DNA of 64,000 nucleotides from Phototrophicaceae bacterium (GCA_965232245.1 CBDDPG010000001.1:50635-114634), one strand, 5' to 3'; numbered from the stretch's first letter, positions 55,018 through 64,000 are shown. Made by a program: numbers and translations. The notes: generated by a model from the letters alone, not told the origin.

Positions 55018-56159
55018 AGATTCGAGTAGGGATCAGCGGCGTCGCGCAAACCGTCGCCCAGGAAGTTCAAACCCAGCACTGCCACCACGATGAAAAGCAC
55101 CGGTGTCAATATCCAGGTATTTTGGCCCAGCGTCTCCAGGCTTTGCGCGCTCTTCATCAAGAAGCCCCAACTTGTCAGCGGTTCTTGAATGCCGATGCCC
55201 AGGAAGCTAAGGAAGGCTTCCGCCAAGATAATATCGGGGATCATCAGCGTCAGAATCACGATGACATGGCTGAGTACATTGGGGTAGAGGTGTTTGAAGA
55301 TGATGCGGAAGTCCCCAGCGCCTTGCTCCTTCGCCGCCAGGATGAAATCCGTCTCGCGCAGCGACAGCACCTTGCCGCGCACTTCCCGCGCCAGCACCGC
55401 CCAGCGCAAGAAAGGAAAGATGAAAGCCATGACCAGAAAGATCTGCCCCGAAGACCAGGTCTTGGGTATCACCGCCGCCAGCGCCATCCAAAGCGGCAGC
55501 TCGGGGAAGGACATGACCACTTCAACGAAACGCTGAATCACGTTGTCGATGGCGCCGCCGTAATAGCCAGAGATGACCCCGACCGAGGAGCCGATGACAA
55601 TGGCAATCAGCGCCGCCAAAATGCTCAATGACAGCGAAACCCGCCCCGCCAGGCAGATGCGCCCCCACAAGTCGCGCCCGAAGCGGTCCGTGCCCAGGAT
55701 ATGCGCCCGCACCTCATCGTTAGCCAAGCCAAATAAGTGCAAGTCGGTCGTGATGAAGCCAAAGAGCTTGTATTCCCAACTGCGGACGAAAAAATGAATG
55801 TAATGCGGATCTTCGGTATCCACCACGGGCTTGGCTTGATAAGTGACCGGGTCAATTTCAAGCTCTGACTTATAGACAAAAGGACGGAAGTGAAAATTGC
55901 CATCCACATCGAAGTAGCGAATTTCGGAGGGCGGGATGTAAGAATCACCCAGTTTGGTCGCATAAAAATCGTAGGGCGAGAAGAATTCCGGGAACAATGC
56001 CAGCACAAAAAGCATGAGCACCATCAGCGCGCCGACGATGGCGGCGCGGCTGCGGCTGAAACGCTGCCAGACCAACTGCGAGTAGCTGTCGCTGTTCTCT
56101 TCCGCGTCGTCTTCATTTGGAACTTCGGGCGGAAGTTCGGCTTCGTAGATGTCCTGCAC
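55014..56159 (-). CDS. ABC transporter permease (OppC-like, long N-terminal extension)
   Basis: 381 aa; [23 protein letters not shown]. Confidence 0.85.
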   Translation of the reverse strand: MQDIYEAELPPEVPNEDDAEENSDSYSQLVWQRFSRSRAAIVGALMVLMLFVLALFPEFFSPYDFYATKLGDSYIPPSEIRYFDVDGNFHFRPFVYKSELEIDPVTYQAKPVVDTEDPHYIHFFVRSWEYKLFGFITTDLHLFGLANDEVRAHILGTDRFGRDLWGRICLAGRVSLSLSILAALIAIVIGSSVGVISGYYGGAIDNVIQRFVEVVMSFPELPLWMALAAVIPKTWSSGQIFLVMAFIFPFLRWAVLAREVRGKVLSLRETDFILAAKEQGAGDFRIIFKHLYPNVLSHVIVILTLMIPDIILAEAFLSFLGIGIQEPLTSWGFLMKSAQSLETLGQNTWILTPVLFIVVAVLGLNFLGDGLRDAADPYSNL

Positions 56160-56175
56160 CTGTCACATCCCTTGC

Positions 56176-57174
56176 TTAACTATAGCTGACGCGCGGGTCG
56201 AGGATGCCCAGCGCCATATCCGCGATGAAATTGCCCAGGACCAGCAAAATGCCGTAGAGCAGCATGATGCTGCCGGAGATATAAATGTCCTGCTTCAGCA
56301 AAGCCTCATAAAACATGGGCGCGATAGTCGGCAAGCCGAAGACGATGGCCGCTTCCAACTCCCCTTGCAGCATATAGGGCAGAGCCGTGCCCTGATAGGC
56401 GACGACCGGGTGCAGGGCGTTGGGCACCGCATGCCGATTCATCACCCGCCGCTCGTGCAGCCCCTTGGAGCGCGCGGTGGTCACGTATTGCTGATTCAGC
56501 ACATCCAGTAGATTGCCGCGCATGACGCGCATGTTGCGAGCGACCCCGCCAAAGCCGGCGATGAAGATGACGGGCCAGACATGCCGAATCAAATCAACAG
56601 CCTTTTCCACCGACCACGGGGCAAAGCGGAATTCGGGCGAAAACATGGAACTCACATGTTCCTGACCCAGCTCAAAAGCCAATATGTACAAGAATATCAA
56701 AGCCAAAGAAAAGCGCGGGATGGATGTCGCCAAAAATGCGAAAGCAGCCGCCGTATTGTCAGCCAGGCTGTATTGCCGGTTTGCCACATAAATGCCCAAG
56801 GCAATGCCGACGAGTGACGATATGGCATGCGCCGCCAGCGCGATGCCAATCGTGCGCGGCAGGCGCTGAGCGATCAATTCGCCTACATCGGCGCGGTAAG
56901 AGAAGGAGAAGCCAAAATCCCCCCGCAAGACGATGCCGCTTATCCAGTTGATATATTGCACCGGAACTGGGTCGCGCAAGCCATATCGGTCGCGCAGTTG
57001 GTTCGCCGCGGCCTCCGCTTCCTCTTCCGATTGTCCGCCCAGAGCGATCAGCTCGCGTTTATACACATCGGCAAAATCGCCCGGCGGCAATTGAATAATA
57101 AAAAAAGCCACTGCGCCAATAATCAACAAAATCAAGGCGGAAGAGACAAGTCGCTGTATGATGAACCGTATCAT
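56176..57174 (-). CDS. ABC transporter permease (OppB-like)
   Basis: 332 aa; MIRFIIQRLVSS, YVTTARSKGL. Confidence 0.9.
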   Translation of the reverse strand: MIRFIIQRLVSSALILLIIGAVAFFIIQLPPGDFADVYKRELIALGGQSEEEAEAAANQLRDRYGLRDPVPVQYINWISGIVLRGDFGFSFSYRADVGELIAQRLPRTIGIALAAHAISSLVGIALGIYVANRQYSLADNTAAAFAFLATSIPRFSLALIFLYILAFELGQEHVSSMFSPEFRFAPWSVEKAVDLIRHVWPVIFIAGFGGVARNMRVMRGNLLDVLNQQYVTTARSKGLHERRVMNRHAVPNALHPVVAYQGTALPYMLQGELEAAIVFGLPTIAPMFYEALLKQDIYISGSIMLLYGILLVLGNFIADMALGILDPRVSYS

Positions 57175-57246
57175 GGGCTGCCTCTCGCAGCGGATAGCAT
57201 TTCAACGCAGTATAACGCAACAAGCTGATGGCAGGCAAAAACGCTT

Positions 57247-57274
57247 GCCCCTCCCAAATCCTTTAAGGAGGGGC
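57247..57274. repeat. GC-rich hairpin in binding-protein/permease junction
   Basis: GCCCCTCC-N12-GGAGGGGC. Confidence 0.5.
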
Positions 57275-57303
57275 TTGCGATTTAGGAACTGGCTTGGCAG
57301 CCC

Positions 57304-59382
57304 CTACATATCGTCCATGGCGTACATCGGCACGATGCCAGGCTGACTCTGGGTCAATTGCTCGTCTGGGTTGACCCAAACGGCTTCTGGAATGACATTG
57401 CCCCAAGTCCATTGATAGAAGAAGGGCGGCGCGCCAACCGGTATGTTGTTGAAGCGCTGCGCCAATGCCAAACCAAAGCGACCGATAATGCCGCCGACAT
57501 TGTAGGCGTTCTCGGTGAAGATTTGGTTGTAGCGAGCCATCAAAGCGCGGCGCTCTTCAAAATCCGGCTCCAGGCAGAAAGCCTCGACGATCTCGATCAA
57601 CTCCGCTTCGAAATCCAGCAAATCGCGGGAATCGCCATCGGCGCGGTGCCAGGCCGGGGTCGTCGTGGTGATGGGACCCAGGTCGCGGCAGCGGGTGAAG
57701 GAAGTGGTGAATTCCTGACCCATGCGGTTGACACGCGCTTCCCAACGCCCGGTGACAATCGCGTCATCGCCAGCCGGACCCTGCAGCGGACGCAAGTTGA
57801 CCTGTACGCCGACGTCCTGCATCAGCAGTACAAAGGCTTCGCCGATTTGGCCCGTGGCTTCGGCGGCGACGCTTGTATTCAGCACGATGGTCAAATTATC
57901 GCCAGCCAGCGGACCATCAGTCCAGTTGACGATGCCATCGCCATCGGTATCCTCGAAACCCAATTCCGCCAACAGCGCGCGAGCGGAATCCGGCGAGTAG
58001 GGATAGTAAACGACGCTGTCGATGTCGAAGTAGGGCGAGCCAGGGGTGAGACCGCCGGCAAAACCGCGCATAAAGGGACCGCGAATGACCGCTTGCCCGA
58101 TGCCATCGCCATCAATCGCATGCTGCACCGCGCGGCGGAAACTTTGATTGCGGAAGAGATCGCGCAAGGCTTGATCGCGCTCGTCCTCTACGCCCAGGCT
58201 AGACGACAAGTTGAACTGAATGTTGAAAGCCAGGGTCTCCGGACCCCACTCGATGCGGAAGTGGGCATCGTCTTCTTGCGAGCGGGTGATGGCTTCTACG
58301 TAGGTGCTGGGGTTCTCCAGGTTGGTGTGGTCGATGGAGCCAGCCAGTGTGCCTAGGGTGCGTCCAATGCCGCTGGGACCCTTCTCGAAGGTGACTTCGT
58401 CCAGGTAGGGCAGTTGATTGCCTTGCTCGTCAACCTTCCAGTAATAGGGGTTGCGGCGCATGACCATGAACTCGTCAATCTGGTAATTGGTGGCGACCCA
58501 AGGACCCATGCTCGCTACCGGCAAGTCATCCTGGACCTGGAAGGTCTTGAAGGTGTCGTAGTCGGAATCCGAGTTGATCGCCGGGTGCATGGGCGCATAG
58601 ACATGCTCGGCGCAGATGTTGAAGTCCAGGAAGTCCATGTTGAATAGCTGCTGCACCGGATAAGGCACCGGGAAGGTCCAGAGAATGGTATCGTCATCAA
58701 CCGCTTCCAAAGTGATCGGCTCGCCGCCGATGGAGAAGGTGGAGCCGGTCGTCCAGGAGTCGACGTTCTCATCTTGAATGACGTGTTCCCAGGTGAACAT
58801 GATGTCGTGAACGCCGAAGGGATGACCATCGGACCACTTGGCGCCGCGGATGATGTTCATCGTCAACTGCAATCCGTCGTCGCTCCACTCCCAATCCGTC
58901 GCCAGGTTCGGCAGCGGCTCCAGGTTGTCCGCCCGCAGGAACATCGGACCAGACTTGACCAGTGATTCGCCGTAGATGTAGTTGATGCCGAACCAGCCCT
59001 GTGTTTGACGGGCGCAGAGATTCCAGCCTTCGGTCGGCACAGCCGAGAAGTCGCGCCATTGGCCGCCATAAACGCCCAGACCCGTCGACATGCCTGATTC
59101 CAGAATGACCTGCGGATTGTCCGGCAGGCGCTCTTCAACCGGCGGCAAATCGCCGGCTTCGACCAACGCCGTGATCCATTCCGGCTCGCTGTAAGAATCC
59201 AGCCCTTGGTAGACCAGCATCTCGTCCAGATTGAAGCGGACAATCGGGTTGTCGCCCAACTGAACGCCTTCGGGATAGGGAATCGGGTCAGCCACTTCGC
59301 CCATCTGCGCGAAGCTGCCCCCCCCCACAACAAATAACGCCGCTAGCAATAGCAGCACAGAAATAAATCGTGAACGCTTCAT
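57304..59382 (-). CDS. ABC transporter substrate-binding protein, family 5 (large, 692 aa)
   Basis: Signal-like MKRSRFISVLLLLAALFVVGGG; family 5 pattern with insertions. Confidence 0.85.
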   Translation of the reverse strand: MKRSRFISVLLLLAALFVVGGGSFAQMGEVADPIPYPEGVQLGDNPIVRFNLDEMLVYQGLDSYSEPEWITALVEAGDLPPVEERLPDNPQVILESGMSTGLGVYGGQWRDFSAVPTEGWNLCARQTQGWFGINYIYGESLVKSGPMFLRADNLEPLPNLATDWEWSDDGLQLTMNIIRGAKWSDGHPFGVHDIMFTWEHVIQDENVDSWTTGSTFSIGGEPITLEAVDDDTILWTFPVPYPVQQLFNMDFLDFNICAEHVYAPMHPAINSDSDYDTFKTFQVQDDLPVASMGPWVATNYQIDEFMVMRRNPYYWKVDEQGNQLPYLDEVTFEKGPSGIGRTLGTLAGSIDHTNLENPSTYVEAITRSQEDDAHFRIEWGPETLAFNIQFNLSSSLGVEDERDQALRDLFRNQSFRRAVQHAIDGDGIGQAVIRGPFMRGFAGGLTPGSPYFDIDSVVYYPYSPDSARALLAELGFEDTDGDGIVNWTDGPLAGDNLTIVLNTSVAAEATGQIGEAFVLLMQDVGVQVNLRPLQGPAGDDAIVTGRWEARVNRMGQEFTTSFTRCRDLGPITTTTPAWHRADGDSRDLLDFEAELIEIVEAFCLEPDFEERRALMARYNQIFTENAYNVGGIIGRFGLALAQRFNNIPVGAPPFFYQWTWGNVIPEAVWVNPDEQLTQSQPGIVPMYAMDDM

Positions 59383-59454
59383 TGCGTTTCCTCCATAAAG
59401 TGATTGACAAAAATTAGCCCGCCAGCGCTAGCGGCAGGTTAATTCACAAGCAAA

Positions 59455-60537
59455 TTAGGCTATCGCCCCCGTCGCTTTCGCAGCGCTCGCGTCCGCCGGG
59501 GCCTCCTCATGCAGCCAGCAAGCCACCGTATGCTCGCCAGCGACGGTCGTGGGCGGCGGCAGATGACTGCGGCATTTCGCCATCACATGCGGGCAGCGGT
59601 CGGCAAAGGCGCAGCCCGGAATGTCGGAGATGGCGTTGGGAACGATGCCCTTGATCGGCACCAAGATATCCTTGCGCCTGCCTAAGACCGGTATCGACTG
59701 CAACAATCCAATTGTATAAGGATGCTGCGGATTACGGAAAATGTCGATCGCCGTGCCATATTCGACCACGCGCCCGAAATACATCACCGCCACATTATCC
59801 GCCATTTGCGATACCACGCCCAAATTATGCGTGATGATGATGATCGACGAGCCGAAGTCCGCTTGCAGTTGCTCCATCAGGTCGATAATCTGCGCCTGAA
59901 TCGTGACGTCCAGCGCGGTCGTCGGCTCGTCCGCGATCAAAATCGACGGATTGCAAGAGAGCGCCAGCGCGATCATCACACGCTGACGCATGCCGCCGCT
60001 CAATTGATGCGGATATTGCTTTGCCCGCTCTTGTGGATCGGCAATGCGCACGCGATCGAGCATATCAATCGCCACTTTCAGCGCTTCTTTCTTGCTGAGC
60101 GCCTGATGCAGTTCCACCACTTCGGCGATCTGTCTGCCGATCGTATGCAGCGGATTCAACGAGGTCATCGGCTCTTGAAAGATCATCGAGATTTCGCCGC
60201 CGCGGACGCTGCGCATCTCCACGCCCTTGGGGTCGAGCTTTACAATGTCGATCGTTTCGGCGCGGCGCTTCTGCCGGCGGAAGATGATCTCGCCTTCGAC
60301 GATCTCGCCGGGCGGGGATTTGATCAACTGCATGATCGAATGCGCCGTGACGCTCTTGCCACAGCCGCTTTCGCCGACGATGCCCAGGGTCTGCCCGTTT
60401 TCCAGGCTGAAGCTGACACCCTTGACGGCCTTCACCACGCCGCGTTCCGTGAAGAAATGGGTCTTTAAGTTGCGGACTTCTAGAATTGGCTCCGCGCCGT
60501 TATTGCTAGTCATAAATACCGTTTCATTCGCTAACAT
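59455..60537 (-). CDS. ABC transporter ATP-binding protein (OppD/DppD-like)
   Basis: 360 aa; Walker A GESGCGKS, signature LSGGMRQR, Walker B LIADEPTTALD, C-terminal Cys-rich oligopeptide-type domain. Confidence 0.9.
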   Translation of the reverse strand: MLANETVFMTSNNGAEPILEVRNLKTHFFTERGVVKAVKGVSFSLENGQTLGIVGESGCGKSVTAHSIMQLIKSPPGEIVEGEIIFRRQKRRAETIDIVKLDPKGVEMRSVRGGEISMIFQEPMTSLNPLHTIGRQIAEVVELHQALSKKEALKVAIDMLDRVRIADPQERAKQYPHQLSGGMRQRVMIALALSCNPSILIADEPTTALDVTIQAQIIDLMEQLQADFGSSIIIITHNLGVVSQMADNVAVMYFGRVVEYGTAIDIFRNPQHPYTIGLLQSIPVLGRRKDILVPIKGIVPNAISDIPGCAFADRCPHVMAKCRSHLPPPTTVAGEHTVACWLHEEAPADASAAKATGAIA

Positions 60538-60591
60538 GGGCGGACTATATGCCGCCCTTACAATTTATAGGCTTTATAGGCTTGGACCTAT

Positions 60592-62145
60592 CTAGCCCTT
60601 GTCGCTTGTCCGCGCTGTCGCCTGCGCCAGTTTATCGGTCCTCAATTCCGCCACATTGCGCGTTTGCAGGCGAGCGGCGCCTTTTGTATCCAGCAGCTTC
60701 ACCCGCGTCCCGCGCGCTTCATGCGCCGCCAGGCGCTGCCGCGCCGCTTCGATTTCCGCTGTGGCGTAATTCGGCAACCACTCGGCTTGCGCGACCAACA
60801 GCTCGTCCGTCATCTGCCAGACTTCTTCGGGATTGCATACCGCGCCCACCAAGGGATCGTGCAGCATGGCTTGCTTGAGCAGGGTGACATCGCCCTGTAC
60901 AGCCGCTTCCATCGCCATCTCTTGCACGCGGACGCTGGCTGAGCAAGTCGCGGCGCAAGCCAGTGGCAGCTCGCCCAGGACGGGCATATTGATGCCGTTC
61001 TTGTCCACGTAGCCGGGGATCTCGACCACGCAGCCATCGGGCAGATTGCTGATGTAACCTTGGTTCGGCACATTGAAATGCCCGCGATAGACGCGGCCCG
61101 TCTCCAGCCCTTCAATGATATAGGAGCCATGCTCCAGGCTGCGCTTGTCGGCGCTGATCTGCGGCGGATCTTCCGCCAGCCACTTGGGAAAATCAGTCTC
61201 GAACCAAGCCCGCCCCTCGCTGCAGACGCGCAGGTAGCCGCCTGTCTCGCCGTGGATCCAGCGGCTTAGGTCAATCCAGTCCCGGATTTCATCGGGGCGC
61301 TTGCGATACCAGGGCAGATATTCGCTGAGGTGTCCGTTCGATTCAGTCGAGTAATAGCCGAAGCGCCGCAAGACATCAATGCGCAGTTTTTCTTCTTCGC
61401 GGAAAGCCGGGTGCGCCTCGAACATTTCCAGCAGGCAGGCGCGCATGTCCATGCCGCGCCACTTGACTTGAATGTACCAGGTCTGATGATTGATGCCGGC
61501 GCAGATGATATGCACATCGGCCATGGTCACGCGCTCATCGTCAGCTATCAGACCTTCGCGCCGCGCCCACAATTCAATGCACTCGGCGATCTGTTCGTGG
61601 CCGTGCTGGATGCCGTGACAAAGCCCGATGGTCCGCACGCCGCCATATTTGTTGCAGGCCCAGGTATTCATCGCCATGGGATTGGAGTAGTTGAGGAAGA
61701 GCGCGCCCGGCTTTGCCACAGCGCGGATGTCCTGGCAGATGTCCAGCAAGACCGGGATCGTGCGCTGACCGTACATGATGCCGCCGGCGCAGATCGTGTC
61801 GCCCACGCACTGGTCAACGCCGTATTTCAGCGGAATATCAATATCCAAGGCGAAGGCCTGCAAGCCGCCCTGTCGAATCATGCAGATGATGTAATCGGCA
61901 TCGGCGATCGCTGCGCGCCGGTCCAGCGTGGAACTGATGGTGGCTGGCAAACCGTTGGCGCTGATGTCGCGCTGGCACAATTGCGCGACCATGCTCAGGT
62001 TGCGCTGCGAAATGTCCATCAAGGCGAAATGGGTATCGGCGAATTCCGGCACGGTCAGCAAGTCGCTCATCAAACGGCGGGTGAACCCGACCGAACCAGC
62101 GCCAATCATGGCGATTTTCAAGGGCATGCGCTCAGCTTTCTGCAT
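60592..62145 (-). CDS. Glycoside hydrolase family 4 (NAD/Mn-dependent alpha-galactosidase/alpha-glucosidase-like)
   Basis: 517 aa; Rossmann start KIAMIGAGSVGF, GLCHG motif; start may be the ATG at 62127. Confidence 0.85.
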   Translation of the reverse strand: MQKAERMPLKIAMIGAGSVGFTRRLMSDLLTVPEFADTHFALMDISQRNLSMVAQLCQRDISANGLPATISSTLDRRAAIADADYIICMIRQGGLQAFALDIDIPLKYGVDQCVGDTICAGGIMYGQRTIPVLLDICQDIRAVAKPGALFLNYSNPMAMNTWACNKYGGVRTIGLCHGIQHGHEQIAECIELWARREGLIADDERVTMADVHIICAGINHQTWYIQVKWRGMDMRACLLEMFEAHPAFREEEKLRIDVLRRFGYYSTESNGHLSEYLPWYRKRPDEIRDWIDLSRWIHGETGGYLRVCSEGRAWFETDFPKWLAEDPPQISADKRSLEHGSYIIEGLETGRVYRGHFNVPNQGYISNLPDGCVVEIPGYVDKNGINMPVLGELPLACAATCSASVRVQEMAMEAAVQGDVTLLKQAMLHDPLVGAVCNPEEVWQMTDELLVAQAEWLPNYATAEIEAARQRLAAHEARGTRVKLLDTKGAARLQTRNVAELRTDKLAQATARTSDKG

Positions 62146-62183
62146 ATTGAATGGTGATTAGAATATCGTAAGCGGCGAAATTG

Positions 62184-63668
62184 TCAAGTGGCGCGCTGAG
62201 CCGCGCGCCATTCCGCCATCGTCTTGCTGCCCTTGCTCCTGTTGCAGTGGGTGCAGAGCAACTGCAAGTTCTCGAAGTGGTCGCTGCCGCCTTTGACGCG
62301 CGGCAGGATGTGGTCGACTTCCATGACTTTGAAGGGGAAATGCGTGTCGCAGCCGGCGCAAACGCCTTCCTGCTCGCCATAGAGTCGGTGCCGGTGCGTG
62401 CGGTAATTGGGCAGCTTTCCCATATCTGTGCGCCGCGGCGGATCGCCGCGCACGATGACGCCGCCCCAAAGCGCGCCGCGGTCGTCGCGGATGCGTTGGT
62501 CCACCAGCTTGACCGCCAGTGGCGATAGATCGATGCCGGCCCACTCGCGGTTGAGGCGGTCGGCCGCGACCAGCGTCGTGGCGCAGCCGCAAAAGGGGTC
62601 GAAGACCATATCGCCTTCGTTGCTGCTAGCGCTGATGATGCGGTCCAGCAGGGCGATTGGTTTTTGCGTGGGGTAGCCGGTGCGTTCTCTTGCCCGCGAG
62701 CCAATCGGTCGAATATCTGCGATGAGTTCTTGCACTGGGACACCCTTCGTTATATCCAAATAGCGTTTCAGAGACGGCACAGTCCCTCTTTTCGGCCAGT
62801 AAACCAAACCAGCTTCGTCAAGCAAATCGAGCTTCTTCTGTGTCGATAGCGACGACAAGTCACGGTTGGGATAGGCTTGGCTCAACGTTTTCATCGGCAC
62901 TGCCCAATGTCGCCCTTTTTTGCTGGGATTGACTCCGCGCCAGTGTTTGCCAGAATCGCCATGTCGTAAGCCGGCCCCTGTCAAGTCGCCAACACGAAAA
63001 CGCCCTTTCTCATCTTTATAACGATAGAATCTGTCTAGGTATTCTTTATCATATGCTTGGCTGATTTTATTCCATACATAGTTTTCGCCATTTGAGTAAT
63101 ACAGAATAGTATCCGTAATTCGTCCATAGTTCTTTGCGCTATTGTGGGCGGAGGTCCGCTTCCATACTAAGCTATTGCGATAATTCCGCGCCCCAAACAC
63201 GGCATCCATCAGCAATTTCAGATAATGACTGGCGGTGTCGTCGCAATGCAGGTAGATGCTGCCCGTTTCCTTCAAGATGCGCCGCATCTCGATTAAGCGC
63301 ACCGCCATCATAATCAGATAGCTCATCATAGATTTGCCGTGCGTCTGCCGCGCGGCGTCAATCACGGCGTAGGCGGCTGGGCTGCGCTCGGCCAGTTCGC
63401 CATGCTCATAGACGTCGATGTCGGAGAGCGTCCAGGTGTCTTTGAAAGCCGCGCCGGCCGCGCGGCTGCCGATGGGCGCGGCGTAGTCCTCGTTGGAGTT
63501 GAAAGGCGGGTCGAGGTAAATGAGGTCGACGCAGGCGCTGTTAATGCCGCGCATGACGGGCAGGTTGTCGCCGGTCCAGACCGTGCCGCTGGCGAAGTTG
63601 GGTGGGGTCATGTGGATTTCATTCTGAACTATTTGAAAATGCAACAGTTGTGCCAAGCGCTTAGGCAA
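62184..63668 (-). CDS. Beta-class N4/N6 DNA methyltransferase fused to a C-terminal HNH endonuclease domain
   Basis: 494 aa; motif IV DPPF (LIYLDPPFNS) near the N-terminus and motif I FDPFCGCATT later (beta-class order); C-terminus CAGCDTHF...DHILPRVKGGSDHFENLQLLCTHCNRSKG is a CxxC..DH..N..CxxC HNH finger; alternative ATG start at 63611. Confidence 0.85.
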   Translation of the reverse strand: MPKRLAQLLHFQIVQNEIHMTPPNFASGTVWTGDNLPVMRGINSACVDLIYLDPPFNSNEDYAAPIGSRAAGAAFKDTWTLSDIDVYEHGELAERSPAAYAVIDAARQTHGKSMMSYLIMMAVRLIEMRRILKETGSIYLHCDDTASHYLKLLMDAVFGARNYRNSLVWKRTSAHNSAKNYGRITDTILYYSNGENYVWNKISQAYDKEYLDRFYRYKDEKGRFRVGDLTGAGLRHGDSGKHWRGVNPSKKGRHWAVPMKTLSQAYPNRDLSSLSTQKKLDLLDEAGLVYWPKRGTVPSLKRYLDITKGVPVQELIADIRPIGSRARERTGYPTQKPIALLDRIISASSNEGDMVFDPFCGCATTLVAADRLNREWAGIDLSPLAVKLVDQRIRDDRGALWGGVIVRGDPPRRTDMGKLPNYRTHRHRLYGEQEGVCAGCDTHFPFKVMEVDHILPRVKGGSDHFENLQLLCTHCNRSKGSKTMAEWRAAQRAT

Positions 63669-63714
63669 CCCTTCGAACTACTCGGAAAAACCGCATAATT
63701 GTCCTATTTTACCG

Positions 63715-63739
63715 AACTAGGAAGTTTTTCTTCCTAGTT
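63715..63739. repeat. Perfect 10-bp-stem palindrome AACTAGGAAG-TTTTT-CTTCCTAGTT
   Basis: Lies in an AT-rich stretch 47-71 nt upstream of the longest methyltransferase start. Confidence 0.4.
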
Positions 63740-63791
63740 GCGTTTTGTCACATTCGTTCTCAGTAAATGCGAGTAAGTCATGCAATTTTTT

Positions 63792-63897
63792 ACCCCCTCT
63801 AAATCTCCCCCATTGCAATGGGGGAGACTTGTCGCATAACGTCAGGCTCCCCTTCCCTGATGCTTCGGGGAAGGGGATGGGGGATGGGGTTGAGGAA
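63792..63897 (+). repeat. GC-rich double-hairpin MITE/REP-like element, copy 3
   Basis: TCTCCCCCATTGCAATGGGGGAGA (63805-63826), CCCCTTCCCTGATGCTTCGGGGAAGGGG (63849-63876), tail GGGGGATGGGGTTGAGGAAA; collinear with copy 1. Confidence 0.7.
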
Positions 63898-64000
63898 AGC
63901 GTGGCCCCATTGTTTAATTTCTTACTTGCATTTACTTCTGTGCCCTCATTGTCACGGTGGCGAATCCTCGCGAAGCCTATCCCAAGCCCGCCAAATCCCA

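Noticed and set aside
62132-62743. Alternate-frame ORFs (62132..62743, 62158..62592, 62181..62528) over the HNH-coding part of the methyltransferase gene
   Set aside because: The in-frame continuation of the methyltransferase ORF encodes a complete CxxC-DH-N-CxxC HNH finger. The alternatives are Ala/Arg-rich without motifs.
21157-63897. G-rich repeated hairpins as a CRISPR array
   Set aside because: The copies are kilobases apart, in different orientations, internally composite and not separated by uniform spacers. No cas genes are present.
1-64000. tRNA, rRNA, tmRNA or riboswitch genes in the longer intergenic gaps (957-1113, 2026-2262, 13165-13418, 19410-19565, 24286-24406, 47836-48450, 51088-51299, 63669-64000)
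   Set aside because: I could not fold any cloverleaf or recognise a conserved riboswitch core by eye. A covariance-model scan (Infernal/Rfam, tRNAscan-SE) would be needed to exclude them formally.
62184-64000. Calling the right end of the window a defence island or prophage fragment
   Set aside because: Only one relevant gene (the methyltransferase-HNH fusion) is visible. There are no integrase, phage structural or further defence genes in the window, and the sequence ends at 64000.

Overview
High-GC bacterial chromosomal segment, densely coding. I saw no rRNA, tRNA or CRISPR array. All protein calls are by-eye motif recognition, with no database search. The window is dominated by a large amino-acid/peptide utilisation region. 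It holds four family-5 (Opp/Dpp-type) ABC importers, three of them without ATPase genes. It also holds three S9 peptidases, M24, M81 (MlrC-like) and AstE/AspA-type hydrolases, and a cytoplasmic class A beta-lactamase-fold hydrolase. Other members are two enolase-superfamily racemases, two PrpD/MmgE paralogues, three aminotransferases plus one catalytically degenerate copy, Ldh_2 and ornithine-cyclodeaminase-family reductases, and an RpiR regulator. The right part carries araA-araD, translationally coupled to a small membrane protein and an Opp-type transporter, followed by a GH4 glycosidase and a DNA methyltransferase-HNH nuclease fusion. Main accessory signals: (1) A 2429-bp IS1595-family element (2263-4691) has perfect 24-bp inverted repeats and an 8-bp target duplication, and carries four uncharacterised passenger ORFs. 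It sits exactly between a perfect consensus promoter (2122-2150) and the Shine-Dalgarno/start of a 17-gene co-directional array. (2) There are two adjacent pairs of an active enzyme and a ligand-less paralogue (aminotransferase; AstE/AspA). (3) Two promoters share a near-identical 17-bp palindromic upstream motif at identical spacing. (4) Several families of GC-rich hairpin/MITE-like repeats are present, and one lies in every binding-protein-to-permease junction. (5) The methyltransferase-HNH fusion is compositionally mosaic. Many long ORFs in the six-frame track are antisense or alternate-frame shadows of real genes and were rejected.
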